The notes below the pieces were generated by a model. It saw only the letters and a list, made by a program, of their open reading frames with translations. It made no database searches and was not told where the DNA came from. A program made the position numbers and the translations under genes. 64,000 nucleotides of DNA from the human T2T-CHM13v2.0 reference genome, Homo sapiens, in the NCBI RefSeq assembly GCF_009914755.1, contig NC_060945.1, one strand, 5' to 3'. How positions within the stretch are numbered: the stretch's first letter is position 1; each line of letters starts with the position of its first letter. Positions 41,034 through 54,675 of this stretch are shown here, one piece after another.

Positions 41034-41384
41034 TGCTAATGGTTAGTTTTTTATACCAACTTGGCCAGGCTATAGTATCCAGTTACTCACTCAAACACTA
41101 GTTTAGGTGTTATGATGACATTTTATAGATATGTATATAATCTATATACTATATATCTCTATATATAGTATATATATATACACTATACTATATATCTATA
41201 TATACTATATACATCTATAGATTATATGTGATGTGGTTTATATATATGTATATATGATATACATATGTATGCATATATGATATACATATATATGCATGTA
41301 TGATATACATATATATGCATGTATGATATACATATATATGCATGTATGATATACATATATATGCATGTATGATATACATATATA

Positions 41385-41421
<37 letters not shown>

Positions 41422-41712
41422 TGCCAATATCAGTTGACTTTACATAAGAAGACCACCCTTGATAATGTGGGTGGGCCTGATCTAATCAGTGGAAAGGCCT
41501 TAAGAGCAAAACCGAGGCTTCCCTGAGGAAGAAATGTCTGCCTGTGGACCACAGAGTGACTTCCTGCTGGAGAGTTTCTGACCTGCCCACCTGCCCTGCA
41601 GATTTCAGACTTGCCCAGCCTGACTTCACAATCGTGTAAGCCACTTCCTTGAAATAAGTTTCCATACATGTCCTACTGGGTCTCTTTCACTGCTAACATA
41701 CTGACAAATACA
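41034..41712 (+). mobile_element. MLT2D-like ERVL LTR with internal AT-rich expansion
   Basis: CAACTTGGCCAGGCTATAGT...GATAATGTGGGTGGGCCT... Confidence 0.85.
41254..41415. repeat. 23-bp minisatellite x6 plus (TA)n
   Basis: ATGATATACATATATATGCATGT units start at 41254, 41277, 41300, 41323, 41346, 41369. Confidence 0.93.
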
Positions 41713-42089
41713 TTTCCCCTTCAACTCGATTGACCTGGAAATAGGACCTCTAAGTCATCTCTTTAGGAAAAAAAAATAGGAGGAATTGGGTGAGGTGGGT
41801 AAGAGGCCTCTCTAGTTCCTTCTTTCATCGGTGAGTCTGCTCTGTAAATTGGTTGGTAAGATTAATAATTTGTGACTTTGAAAATATTATCACTCAAAAA
41901 AAGACATTATTTAAGACTTTAATGAAACAGAAAGCTCCCCTAACCCTGGAAGAGCAAACAGGAACACAGGAAGCGTTCACAGCTGGCTCTCATGGAGGCC
42001 TGCTTTCCAGGTACCTCCCAGACTTAGGTCTGCATCTCCATCTCCTTCTCACCAAGCTGTGACATCTTCATCAGTTTATAAAGAATCAC

Positions 42090-42441
<352 letters not shown>

Positions 42442-42644
42442 TCAGAGCCCCTTTGAGATCTCATTGACAATGAGGGCTATAGATGTGCCTCCTTCTCCAC
42501 AGCATGACCCGCAGAAACTGTCAGGTCACACCCCTGACCCTTAAGTGCACAATCAGACCTCATCCCACCCCGACCCAAGACAGAAACACATTTTCAGAGG
42601 AAGGAAGGGGATGGTATTTTACTTGCCTCTGTATAGGCTCTTTC

Positions 42645-42748
42645 ACCACACATACCCACACCCCCCACCCCCACACACACACGTAAACACATGCATTCAC
42701 ACACATGAGTACACAGGCACAGATGCAAACAATGCACAAATGTGCAAA

Positions 42749-42780
<32 letters not shown>
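42645..42780. repeat. (CA)-rich microsatellite
   Basis: Pure (CA)n at 42751-42780. Confidence 0.9.
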
Positions 42781-42784
<4 letters not shown>

Positions 42785-44974
42785 TATTGCACATGACATT
42801 GTGAGGTGTTGGCCTTTTCACTGATGCTCTGCTGCTCTCACGTTCACAGTGTGTCCTCGGATCTGCTGGAAATCAGAGCCAGTCCAATAGCTGCAGAAAG
42901 GTCCAATCATTTCCTTGTAATTACTGCTTGTAAGGGTGAGTTAAGCATTCAGACAATGGTCATCTCCTGCAAGTCTCTCTCTAGTTACAGAAGGCAGTTC
43001 TTCCTCCTGTTCAGTTCCATCAACTTAAATTGTAAAAGACTTGCTTTCCAGAGGGAATGTCATGCCCCAGTACTTGTTACCTCTAACTCCTGCAGAGGCC
43101 AGTTCAGCTCATTCTTTTTCTCTTTGATCCCTGACCTTGTGAGACGGTCTCCCACACTCCAAGGGGGAAGAGTTACTCCTAGCCTCCTGGATTCTTCTCC
43201 ATCACATTTGCCCTCCCCCAGGCCATGGAGCTGGAGCTGCAGCTGCCCAGCCTGGAGACCCACGGAGGAGGCTGGGATGCAGGGTGAACTGTAGCCGAGG
43301 GCCACCTCTGCCTCTCTCCTAGCCCACACAGAACCTCGCTCTCCTTCCAGACAAAGCGGCCACAGATGGAGAAGTAGGTGGGGAGGGCTCATCTTTCCCC
43401 CCACTTCTCTCTCTGTATCCATGCTTGGTTCAAATGAACCAGAGGAATGGTAATAAAGGCCTGCTCTGGATGCCAGCAGTGGGAGTGGAAAGTTGAGAAC
43501 AGATGCTAGAAACTCTATGATGTAATCTTTTTACATTAAAAATTTTACGTAGTAATGCCAAGAACTTTATATCTTTAATAGTGTAGAAAATTGATGACAC
43601 CCATTTCCTTGAGAAGAGGGTCACCCTCTGGATACAAACTAATACCACACAGAGTTTCTGGATTTCATTCTCCTCAAAATCTCTCTGCCCCAGTCCACAG
43701 TGGGTGCGAGTTTCTTGCCTCTCTCTCAGCTGCCACTCTTCTGCTGAGGCAGAGAAGTTTTCTCATCCTCTGGGTCTCCACTATAACCCCAACTTCCATG
43801 CCCCAAAGACACGCACACCCTTCCCAAAAACCCAGCAGTTCTCTGTGAGTCTGGTAGAAAGTCCCCATTATTTGTGGACCTACTCAGCCTTGGTGAGTGG
43901 CTGGTCCCAACAGGATCCACAAGAAACTTGCATGACCGCAAGGCCTGGGCACAAGACAAACCCTTCCACTGCCATGCTGCCATTATGGCTGTTGTTTTTC
44001 CATATGGTCTCACATGGCCTCTCAGCAGGGGACGACACTGATGGGATTTTTATGGGTCTGTAAATAAAGCTCTTTCTTTCCCACTGGAGTTGTAAACTGA
44101 GAAGTAGACACAAGAATCAGACAGATGGAGATCAAAACGTCAGCTTTGCTGCTGATCAGAAGGAGGTGGCTGGATGTGGTTTATGCCTTCAGGTTGATGG
44201 GCTTGCGCTTATCTGCTTGTCCCTTCTCCCATCTGATTTCTTGTGGAGCCCATGGAGGTAAAGTTGGTATTTCCAAATCAGACATTTTGCCCAAAATTGC
44301 TGCCCCTCTCTGGTTCTGAGTGGAAAGGGAAGAAAAGAAATCAAATCTCAGTTACTTATAGTTTTCCAGTAGATCAGCCTCACCAATCATGGGCCATGAG
44401 CCAATATAATCTCCCACAGACTGAGACCTCCATCCCCCATGGTGAGGGGCTAGTGAGACTGGAATACGAAGAGAGTTGCTCAAGTGGCATTCCCTCCTCA
44501 TGTAATTATGAGGCACAGGGAAGAAGAGGGCCCTGCCTTTTTGCTCCCTGAATGCTTAACCTTTAGATTGAAGTGTTAAGTCCCTGGTTGGCCAGGGAGG
44601 CACCATCTTGCTCTTGCGGCTGCTCACTTGGCAAAAGCTGCCCCTGCCTTCAGCCACCCACTCCCCAATATCAGCCACTGTGTCTTGAGTGTCTTCCGGG
44701 GACTACTGCCAGGGAGTATGTATTTTGTTCTCAGAAGCTGTCACTTGGGTCAGAATAGTAAAATATTCAAATTAAGTTTGAGCCACACTGAAGTCAAAGT
44801 TGGAAATTTATTTTTTCTTTCTTTCTTTGCATTCTTTTCCAACAATATTGCCCAATGTAGCTTATCTGAGATTCTGCAATGTGATTAAATGTCAACATTA
44901 ATATGATCTGGGAATAAAATGCCAACAACCCAAAGTTGAATATAAACCTCTTCTTTTATTAAATTCTCTTTTAA

Positions 44975-45390
44975 TAGGTTAGGCTAGGTTGGCTGGCTGT
45001 ATTCTGGACCCTGGGGCTCTCAAATAGCAGCAAACAATTCCCAGATCTCATGGCTTAACACTAGGAAGGTTTGTTTCCATGGACTTCACTGGCCAGCCTG
45101 GGCTCTGCCCTGTGCCTCCCTGGTCTTCACTCTGGTGCCCAGCTGAGAGCACAGCAGCCATGTGGAATGCTGCTGGCCGTGTGCCAGAGGGAAACTGAGC
45201 TTAGCTAGGCACACACTGGTGCCTACAGCTTTTCCTGGAAGGGACCATGTCCCTACTGGTCACATTTCATGGGCCAAAGAAAGTTACATTGCACCACCTG
45301 AGTTCAAGAGGGCACACAAGTCCAATCCTCCCTTGTGCCTGGAGGCTGAGAGCTGAAGTAGCTTGCACCACTCTAAGGACCAGCAGAGAT
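44975..45390 (-). mobile_element. MLT1K-like LTR
   Basis: CAGATCTCATGGCTTAACAC...CACATTTCATGGGCCAAAGAAAGTTACAT. Confidence 0.65.
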
Positions 45391-46559
45391 TCTCAGAAAG
45401 AAATTAAAAGAGGCAACTAATAAATATGCTTGGAAGTTAAAGTTCAAATAATTCTGTGTCTTCAGTAAAGTCTAAAATTAAATATTCTTGCTCTTGTGAA
45501 GTCAAATCCAAAGTCTATAATTCCCAGTCTTATATTAATGTCCAATGAAATTAAGGCCTTCCTCCATTTCTTTCTCTGTTTATTGGATCTCTGTTCTCTG
45601 GATCTGTTTCTCTGTTCTCTGGATCTCTTCAACAATCAGATGTGAACTGGGCTACCCTTCAACATGATGTGCTTAATGCCTTCAGGACTTCAGAGGATGC
45701 ATTAGGTTAGGTCAATCTCTCATTTCCCACTTGAAAGAGAAGAAAATGATCTTTGCACCGCCAAGATTCTCACAGCACTGACATTCCATCACCAGCTAAC
45801 TTCATTGTCTAGAGGAACTACCTAATCCAAACATGCTCTCGGGACATCACACTCGGTAAAATCTTGGCCCGTGTTACTGATGCCAAATACGCCATGGAAA
45901 CTCCATGGGATCTGAGTGTAGGTTGATGTACAGAGAAGAAATCATCCTTGTTTTTATCTCTGCAGGATACCTTTGGTTGCAGAGCACTGTGACTGGGGCA
46001 GTTAACTCCATTGCAAGAACTGTCCCTTCACCAAACCAATAATGGCCCTACTTAACCTGTACATATTGTCTCCTTCCCCAGAGAGGTATTTGTTGAGAAA
46101 TATTTGAGACATTGCTATCTTCTTTCAAAGTATAGAAATATACAGAGGTGGCACACTTTCTTTTGCACCTTGGGTGTCATTTCCCCTCTAGCCCAGTGTG
46201 TGGAGTCCCCTCAGGCTGCTCTGAGAGTTGGTCCTCTATAGTGTCATGGCTGCCACTGAATCTTACAGGCATGTGTGCAGTGCTGTGACATAGTGAACTG
46301 TTTCTATTGCCTCTTGTTTTGAAATTGCTAAGACCCGGGAAGCCTGGTTCCAGGGGACAATTTCCCTCTAGTCCTCATGTTGGTTTTCAATCAAGAACCA
46401 TCCTTAGAACATTTCCAAACCAAAGCTGCTGTTATTGCTTCGAGAGTCTTTGCTCCCGGAGCACCACTCCTCACCTTTGGCTGCAGCTTGGAATCCCTTG
46501 GGGGACTTTAAGAATCCTGAGGGCCATACTGTACCCAACCAATTGAGTCTTTGGGGGTG

Positions 46560-47660
46560 TGTGATGACTAATTGTATGTGTCAACTTGGCTAGGCCATGG
46601 TGCCCAGATTTTTGGCCAAAAGCCAGTCTAGATGTTGCTGTGAAATAATGTTTTAGGTGAAATTAACATTTCAGTGAATGTTGAGTAAAACATATTACCC
46701 TCCATAATGTGGGTGGACCTCATGCAATCAGTTGAAGTCTTTATGAGAAAAGGCTGAGATTCCCCCAAATAAGAGGGAATTCTGCCTCCATACAAGCTTC
46801 AGCTTGAGCCGCAGCATCAACTCTGCCCTGAACCTCCAGCCTGTCAGCCTACCCTGCAGATTTCAAACTTGCCAGCCTCCAGTCTTGTGAGCCAATTCCT
46901 TAAAATAAATAAATCTCTCTGTCTCTATCTCCATCACTATCTCTCTATCCCTTTATCTCTATCTCTGTCTCTGTTTATCTCTATTTCTATTTCTATCTGT
47001 CTCTATCCCCATTCCTATATCTATCTTTATCTCTCTCTATCCCTATCTCCATCTCGATCTTTGTCTCTGTCTCTACCTCTATCTCTATCTACTTCTGTCT
47101 CTATCTCTATCCCTAGCTACCTCTATCTCTATTTTTATCTCTATCTCTCTTGTCCTATTTCCATCTCTATCTCTTTCTGTTCTATCTCTCTCTGTCTCTA
47201 TCTCTATCCCTATCTCCCTCTATCTCTATCCCTTCTCTCTCTCTATCCCTATCCCTGTCTCTCTCTATCCCTATCTGTATCTGTGTCTGCATCTCTATCC
47301 CTGTATCTATTCCTGTCTATCTCTATCTCGATCTCTATTCCTGTCTCTCTATCTCTATCCCCATCTCTATCTCTGTCTCTATCCCTATCTTTCTCTATCT
47401 CAATCTCTATCACTATCCCTATCTGTCTCTATCCCTGTCTCTACCTACCTCTATCTCTATGTCTATCTCTTCTATCTCTATGTCTATAACTAGCTCTATC
47501 CTTATCTCTTTCTCTATGTATCTCTACCTCTGTCTTCATCTCTATCCCTATCTCCATCTCCATCTCTTTCTTTATCCCTATCTCTCTGTCTCTATCTCCT
47601 CTATCTCATCTCTGTCCACTTCCTGTTGGTTCTGTTTCTTGGAGAACCCTGGTGAATACA
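46560..47660 (+). mobile_element. MLT2B/C-like LTR
   Basis: TGTGATG...GTGTCAACTTGGCTAGGCCATGGTGCCCAGA...TTGGTTCTGTTTCTTGGAGAACCCTG..AATACA. Confidence 0.88.
46913..47615. repeat. degenerate (TCTATC)n polypyrimidine tract
   Basis: ~700 bp read directly from sequence. Confidence 0.95.
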
Positions 47661-48222
47661 GGTGGTGCTGATCTTCCAGGCACTGGTAGTGTTTAGAGCT
47701 TTCCTGGTGACTACAATGTGCAGCAGGGTGGACAGCCCCTTCCTGAGGGATCTAAAAAGGACCATCCCCCTTTTTCTCTGCTTCATCTTTTGTTATTTGT
47801 TTGTTTGACAATTGTAGGGGTTCTCTCCATGGATCGCGACCCTCTCCTGCCCCTGCTATTTCCAGAAAGTGCAGTGGCATTTCTGACAGTTGGACCTGCT
47901 TCTGAGATCATTCCCCTTCTGTATCAAATGACTTGCTCTTCCATGCCTTGCTCCACAAACTAGCAGCATCAGTCTTACCTAGAGCATGACAGACAAGCCT
48001 AGATATTGCACCTACTGAGGGATGATGTCCTGAAGTACTGCATCCACAGCTCCACTGTTCTCTCAGGGTCCATCTGCAGCTCATCCTCCCTTTCACATCT
48101 GCCCAATCTCATCTCCCTTCCTGCATGCCCTGCCTCCCCTTTGAAACATCAGCTTTCCTTCCACTGAAATCACTCTCCTTCCCTCCAGTTTAATTAGCCT
48201 GACTGCCTAAAAAAAACAAACA

Positions 48223-48512
48223 GGCCAGCTGCAGTAGCTCACTCTCATAAGGCGAGGCAGGAAGATCACTTGAGGCTAGGAGTTCAAGACCAGCCTGGGC
48301 AGCATAGCAAGACCCTGTCTCTACAAAAACTAAAAAATTAAAAAATTAGCTTGGCATGGTGGTGCATGCCTGTTGTCCCAGCTACTCAGGAGGCTGAGGT
48401 GGGAGGATCACTTGAGCCCAGGAGATTGAGGCTGCAGTGAGTGACCCATGATCCTGTCACTGCACTCCAGGAGCAACAGGGCAAGACCCTGTCTCAAAAA
48501 AATTATAAAAAT
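48223..48512 (+). mobile_element. AluJ
   Basis: GGAGGATCACTTGAGCCCAGGAG; left-arm deletion. Confidence 0.9.
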
Positions 48513-48945
48513 AAACAACTCTTCTACAGCTCCTTTTCTTCTAGTAAAGTGAAGTACACTTTCATAGCCTTCTAGCTCCTCCTTGATTCTTCTAGCAAAT
48601 ATGGCATCTATAAAGTAATCCAGATGCAAGACTTGTCAGTGCACTTCTAACCTTTGGGTTCACAAACACTGAATTAAGTTGTTTTTTTGCCACTCCACTA
48701 AAAAAAGACATTAAAAAAGTGCTGCCATTCCTTCATTTAATTTTCATGGAAGATTCACTGAAATGATCTAATTTCTTTGTCTGTATTTTGACTATAAAGC
48801 TAATACATGGCTTTATTCTTCTTTATTTGTTGATGATTCAAATCTACTATACTTCTACAATTAAAACTGGTCTGGAACTCTAAAATCGAAATTCAGGATT
48901 ACAGTTTATGCAGCTAAAAATTGCAAAGCCAACTTGAGATCACAC

Positions 48946-50270
48946 GGTGGTGGTGATTGGGGTAATGGTGGAGTGATGTGGTGATCATAGCAGTAGTGGG
49001 ATGGTGGTAGAGATGGTATGATGGCAGTATGGTGGTGGCAGGAAGATGCTCATGGAGGTGACAGTAACCATGATGGTGGAAATGGAGCAGGAGGTAAAAG
49101 TTGTGATGGAGGTAGGGGTGGGGGCTGTGATGGTAATGGTAATAGTGATGGTGATGGTGGTGGTGATGGTTGGTGGTGGTGATGGTGGTGATATTGGGGA
49201 TGATAGTGATGGTGGTGGTGGTGATGACGATGATGGTAGTCATAATGGTGATGATAGTGATGGTGGTGGTGGTGGTGATATGGTGATGGTGATGATAGTG
49301 GTGGTAATGGTGGTGGTGGTGGTATGGTAGTGATAGTGGTGATGACAGTGATGGTGGTGATGTTGGTGGTTGTAGTGGTGATGGTGATAATGGTGGTGGT
49401 GGTGATGATGGTAGTGATAATGGTTGTAGTGGTGATGGTAGTGATAGTGATGGTGGTGGTGGTTATAGTGGTAATGGTGGTGGTGATGATAGCGATGATA
49501 GTGGTGATAGTAATGATGGTGGCGGTGATGGTGGTGGTGATAGTGATGGTGTTGGTGGTGGTGGTGATGGTGGTGGTGGTGACAGTAATGGTGATGACTG
49601 TGATGGTACTGGTGTTGGTGATGGCTGTGATGATAGTGATGGTATTGGTGTTGGTGGTGATGGTGGTGGTGATGGTGTTGGCTGTGATTGTGTGGTGGTG
49701 ATGTTGATGGTGGTGGTGATGGTGTTGGCGGTGTTGGTGTTGGTGGTGATGGTGTTGTTGGTGATGGTGGTGGTGATAGTGTTGGTGTTGTTGGTGGTGG
49801 TGATGGTGGTGGTGGTGATAGTAATGGTGGTGGCTATGATAGTATTGTTGGTGTTGCTGATGGTGGTGATGATAGTGATGGTGTTGGTGTTGGTGGTTGA
49901 TGGATAGTGGTGGTGATAGTGATGGTGGTGGTGGTGATGGTGTTGGCTGTGATTGTGTGGTGGTGATGTTGATGGTAGTGGTGATGGTGGTGGTGTTGGT
50001 GGTGGTGGTGATGTTGGTGGTGATAGTGATGGTGATGGTGGTGGTGGTGGTGATGGTGGTTGTGGTGATAGCGACGATGGTGGTTGTCATGGTATTGGTG
50101 GTGGTGGTGGTGATGGTGGTGGTGATAGTGATGGTGGTGGTGGTGATGGTGTTGCCTGTGATGCTGTGGTAGTGATGATCATGGTGGTGGTGGTGGTGGT
50201 GCTAATGGTGATGGTGGTGATGGAGGTAATGGGAGTGGCAGCATTGGAGGTGTTGAGGAGGCTGGTGGTG
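48946..50270. repeat. long (GGT/GAT)n degenerate trinucleotide tract
   Basis: ~1.3 kb read directly from sequence. Confidence 0.97.
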
Positions 50271-51410
50271 GGAGGGGAATGGTTGTGACACAGCCTCTGG
50301 ACAAGGCACATAGTAAGGAGGGATTCATCCCTCAAATTCCTCTCAATGCCTGCATACACCTACTGGAATTTGGGACAGTGAAGCAGGGAGTGTGGGACAG
50401 ATGCTGCTCTGTTGGCCTGGTCCTACCGATTCAAAACAGAATATGAACTCACCATTGCCTCCTGAACCACACAGAGCCCACTGACTATTATTTAGGGGCC
50501 TTGCCTAGAGGCCCCACTGAGGTAATCCAGAAAGGGGCAAGTATGTTTTCATCACAAATGCCAAGACAGCACCAGGCTGGCTGCTCTCCTGGAGTCCAGG
50601 ATCAAGCTGCAGTGGCTCCCACGGCAGCAGGCATGTGCTGCAAGCCAGATTGGAAGCAGTTTTGCTAAGGTTCTTCCTTATTAAAACAAGCTCTGTTCTG
50701 CACTAGCTGCTGGCTGTGAGTTCAGAGGGCATGGGTTTATGGTGGTGCCAGTAGTGCCTATTTGCAGCGGTTCCAAGCAGCCATTTGACCAGACTCCCCC
50801 AGCAACCTTTTCAATCTCACCAATTCTTGTTTTTCTTGGGGTTCTCAGCTCATGTACTAAAGGCGTATGGCAAATGCCCTCTATACATACATTCCATACA
50901 TGAAATGTGGGAGTTTTAGGGGGAATTTAAGCAACACCCCTCTGATGTCATTTCTGAGGTATTTGAATGGAGAGAGCAGGGCACGCAGGGATGAAAATAC
51001 GAGTTTATCCCTGATAAGTGCTGGCTTGGAGGACACAACTTAGGTGGGCAGTCAGATGGGCTGGGTGCTTCCTTCTCCCCCAACTCTCCTCTCCCCAGCT
51101 GTCTAGCCCTTGGCACACTTACTCCAGGCTTGTGTCTCCCTAACAGATTCACTTACCCTGGTTGCTGGCATGCCTGGCCATTGGAAGAAAGGGAAATTTC
51201 TTCCTTTTTTTTTTTACATTCTTTCCCTCAACAAACTTTATTGAGCACCTAGTAACTGCCAAGCCTGGACAAGACAGAAAATAATTTTGTTTTTCTGATA
51301 CTTATGTTTCAGCGGAGACACAAGTACTCTTTGTTTGATTGCCTTTTGCTGAATGTGCCCAGTTGAAACTCACTTTTTAACCTGTGAGGAGAGTGATAAA
51401 AGGACATACT

Positions 51411-51735
<325 letters not shown>

Positions 51736-51984
51736 CTAGTCATTCAGAGAGGTCAAATGCAGTCCTCTTTGGGAAGTGACTGGATGTGCAGAGAAAGTCA
51801 GAGGGAGGTCTCGCCGCCTCTCAGGCTGCTTCGAAGGATCTCAGTCTGTGGACCAATGGGCTTTTCTGCATTCGGCTGCCATGGCTTGTGGCACATTCAG
51901 CAGGATTGGTTTCTGACCTCCCATCAGGCTGGGAGCACCCCACCGTGTATGTAGCTCAATACCGAGAGATTTGTAAAGGTTTTT

Positions 51985-52132
51985 ATTGAATGACTCTAAG
52001 GTTCTAAGCCTGGGTAACTTGGGTTATAACAGCATTCATAAATGGAAATAGAGATATTCGAAAGACACTTTTTTTTTTGAGGGAGAAACTGCTGAGCGCA
52101 GGTTTAGACTTCGTGAGATGTTTAGAGGACAG
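51985..52132 (-). mobile_element. L2 fragment
   Basis: GAATGACTCTAAGGTTCTAAGCCTGGGTAAC. Confidence 0.5.
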
Positions 52133-52799
52133 CATATTATTTTTTGCATGGCTGGATTTAATGGCTGTTTTGCATCCCTTTGCAGGGTTGAGATAGCAGA
52201 GGACTCTCAGAAACCCTCACACCCAGCATTAAGAGGCACACACTAGATCAGTTTGCAGATACAAATCTTTGTGGCTCTATACTTTCTTTAAAATCAATTC
52301 CCAGTATTTTAAATTCCTCATTATTCCTCTATCATGTGTTAGACAAATATGATATCCACAGATCTACAAATGGCTATAACTATGCTGTCACTGCAGGGAT
52401 GTCTTGCTCTCTGAACTGTCGTCAGGAAGCTTATAAATAAATACGGGACACATGAAGCTAATTTGATACCAACAGCAATAATATAAACTCTGACTAAGGG
52501 AAAATTGGAAAGTGTTGCTGATCTAACAGCACAAAGAGGCATTAGGAACGTGCGTCTGCATGTACCTCACTCCCAGGCTTGGGCTCTTTCCCATAACATT
52601 TGGAGGCTGTGATTTCACCTACCAAATACCTATTTACATGCTTAGCCTTTGGATCATATAATTCACATCTCTGAGAAAATGATGTTTTGTTACCTAAATG
52701 TTTCACTGCTAAATGAGATCAGCTGAAGAGTATGTTATTATTGGCTTCAAACTATGAGTTGGAAATGTCCACACACTTGCACCTTGCTTTGGTGCTATT

Positions 52800-53222
52800 A
52801 TTTGTTTTTGATTTTGTTTTGTTTTATGTTTTTGATGGGAGAGTGCGGGGCGTGATGATCATGGCTCACTGTAGCCTCCACCTCCTGGGCTCAAGCCATC
52901 CTCCTGTCTCAGCACTCTTAGGACTGACTACAAGTGCACACCACTGCACCCAGCAACTGTTTTTTTGGTAGTTACAGGGTCTAGCTATGTTGCCCAGCCT
53001 GGTCTCAAACTCTTAGACTCAAGCAATCCTCCCACCTGAGCCTCCTGGGTAGCTGGGACTACAGGCACTCACCACCACGCTCGATTAATTTTTATATTAT
53101 TTGTAGAGATGGGGTTTCACCATATTGCCTAGGCTGGTCTCAAATTCCTAGGCTCAAGCGGTCTGAATGCTTCAGCCTCCCAAAGTGCTGGGATTACAGG
53201 ACTGAGACTTCATGACTGTCCA
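52800..53222 (-). mobile_element. trimeric AluJ/FLAM composite
   Basis: Three successive Alu monomers. Confidence 0.8.
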
Positions 53223-53847
53223 GCGCTGTTATTTAAAATACAAACTGAGTTCTCTACAAGGTGGAAGTTTTAATAAGTGATGCACCTTGTCAGAGTAAAA
53301 GCTTTCAGTGGGGGAAAATGTGCTTTAATTTAGTTCATCTAAATTTCTCCACACTCTCAGCACAGCGATTATCTTGCCTTCTATATCACCCTGACACATA
53401 CTATTAACCTATCAAACAGCAGAAGGCTGAGCACCACCAGGCTCCAATCTATACAGATAGTTGGGCCAATTCAGGTCAAAATTTTATTGGTTTTGGCCTA
53501 AAAGCTGCTGGAAAAACTTGTAAAATGAAGAGAAGTTACAATGTGATTTTAAAGCGGATTTCAAAGATGAGAACAGGATAATATCAGTTTCTGGCTGCAA
53601 AGTTTTCTTCTGTTAAAAACCTATAAGTTAAATAGGCACACAAATATATTTCTATGCTCTTTAAACTACTGGGTATAAAGTGATCACAATTTTAAGTTGC
53701 ATAAAAGGACTGCAAATATTAAAACACTTGACTACAATAAGGTTCCTTTTGGGCCTTAGGTAAGTAATGTTTTCTGGTGTTGTTCCAGAAAGCATAATAA
53801 ATAAAATAAAATTATCCTTTGATCATACCAAGGGGTTTGTGACAGTG

Positions 53848-54212
53848 TGTATTAGCCTGTTTTCACACTGCTATAAAGAACTACCTGAGACTGGGTAATT
53901 TATAAAGAAAAGAGGTTTAATTGACTCATAGTTCTGCATGGCCAGGGAGGCCTCAGGAAACTTACAATCATGGCAGAAGGTGAAGGGGAGGCAAGGCACG
54001 TCTTACATGGTGTCAGGAGAGAGAGCAAGGTGGGGGAACTGTCACACACTTTTAAACCATCAGATCTCCTGGGAACTCATTCACTATCATGAGAACGGCA
54101 TGGGGGTAACCATCCCTATGACCCAGTCACCTCCCACCAGGTCCCTCCCCGACACATGGGGATTACAATTCAACATGAGATTTGGGTGGGGACACAGAGC
54201 CAAACCATATCA
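53848..54212 (-). mobile_element. MSTA solo LTR
   Basis: TGTATTAG...GAGCCAAACCATATCA; perfect TSD CAGTG. Confidence 0.93.
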
Positions 54213-54239
54213 CAGTGATACCACAATAAGATATCCATA

Positions 54240-54675
54240 AGTGTCAGTTTCTTAAGGCAGTTTTCCAAAGTACCCCACATCGGATAGTTGAAATATCTGA
54301 GATGTATTGTCCCACAGCTCGGAAGGCTGGAAGTCCTAGATGAAGGTGTTGGCAGGGTTGGTTCCTTTTGAGGCTGTGAGTGGGGATCTGCTCCAGGGTC
54401 CCCTCCAGCTTCTGGGGGTTCCTTGGCTTGTAGCAACATCACTCCAATCTCTGCCTTGTCATCACATGGCCTCTTCCCTGTATGTTCGTCTGGGCCCAAA
54501 TGTCCCATTTTCATAAGGACACCAGTCACACTGGATTAAGGGCCTATCCTACTCCAGTAGAACCTCATCTTACCTAAGTTACATCTTCAGTGACCCTCTT
54601 TTCAAATAAGGTTATTTTCTGGGCATTGGGACTTTAACAAATGAATTTTGGGGGAATCTGATATAACCGATCCTA
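54240..54675 (-). mobile_element. MLT1B/C solo LTR
   Basis: ATAAGGACACCAGTCA...GGATTAAGGGCC. Confidence 0.85.

Larger units (their letters stand above)
46455..47740. mobile_element. MER5B split by the MLT2 LTR
   Basis: TTGGCTGCAGCTTGGAATCCCTTGGGGGA on the left; CCTGGTGACTACAATGTGCAGC on the right. Confidence 0.6.

Noticed and set aside
41254-41391. Regular 23-bp repeats as a CRISPR-like array
   Set aside because: No spacers, and eukaryotic context; plain minisatellite
46869-47671. 206-aa and 173-aa Ser/Leu-rich ORFs
   Set aside because: Products of the stop-poor (TCTATC)n tract
49050-50090. 346-aa Thr/His-rich ORF and overlapping Val/Gly-rich ORFs
   Set aside because: Translation of the (GGT/GAT)n simple repeat; no other gene features
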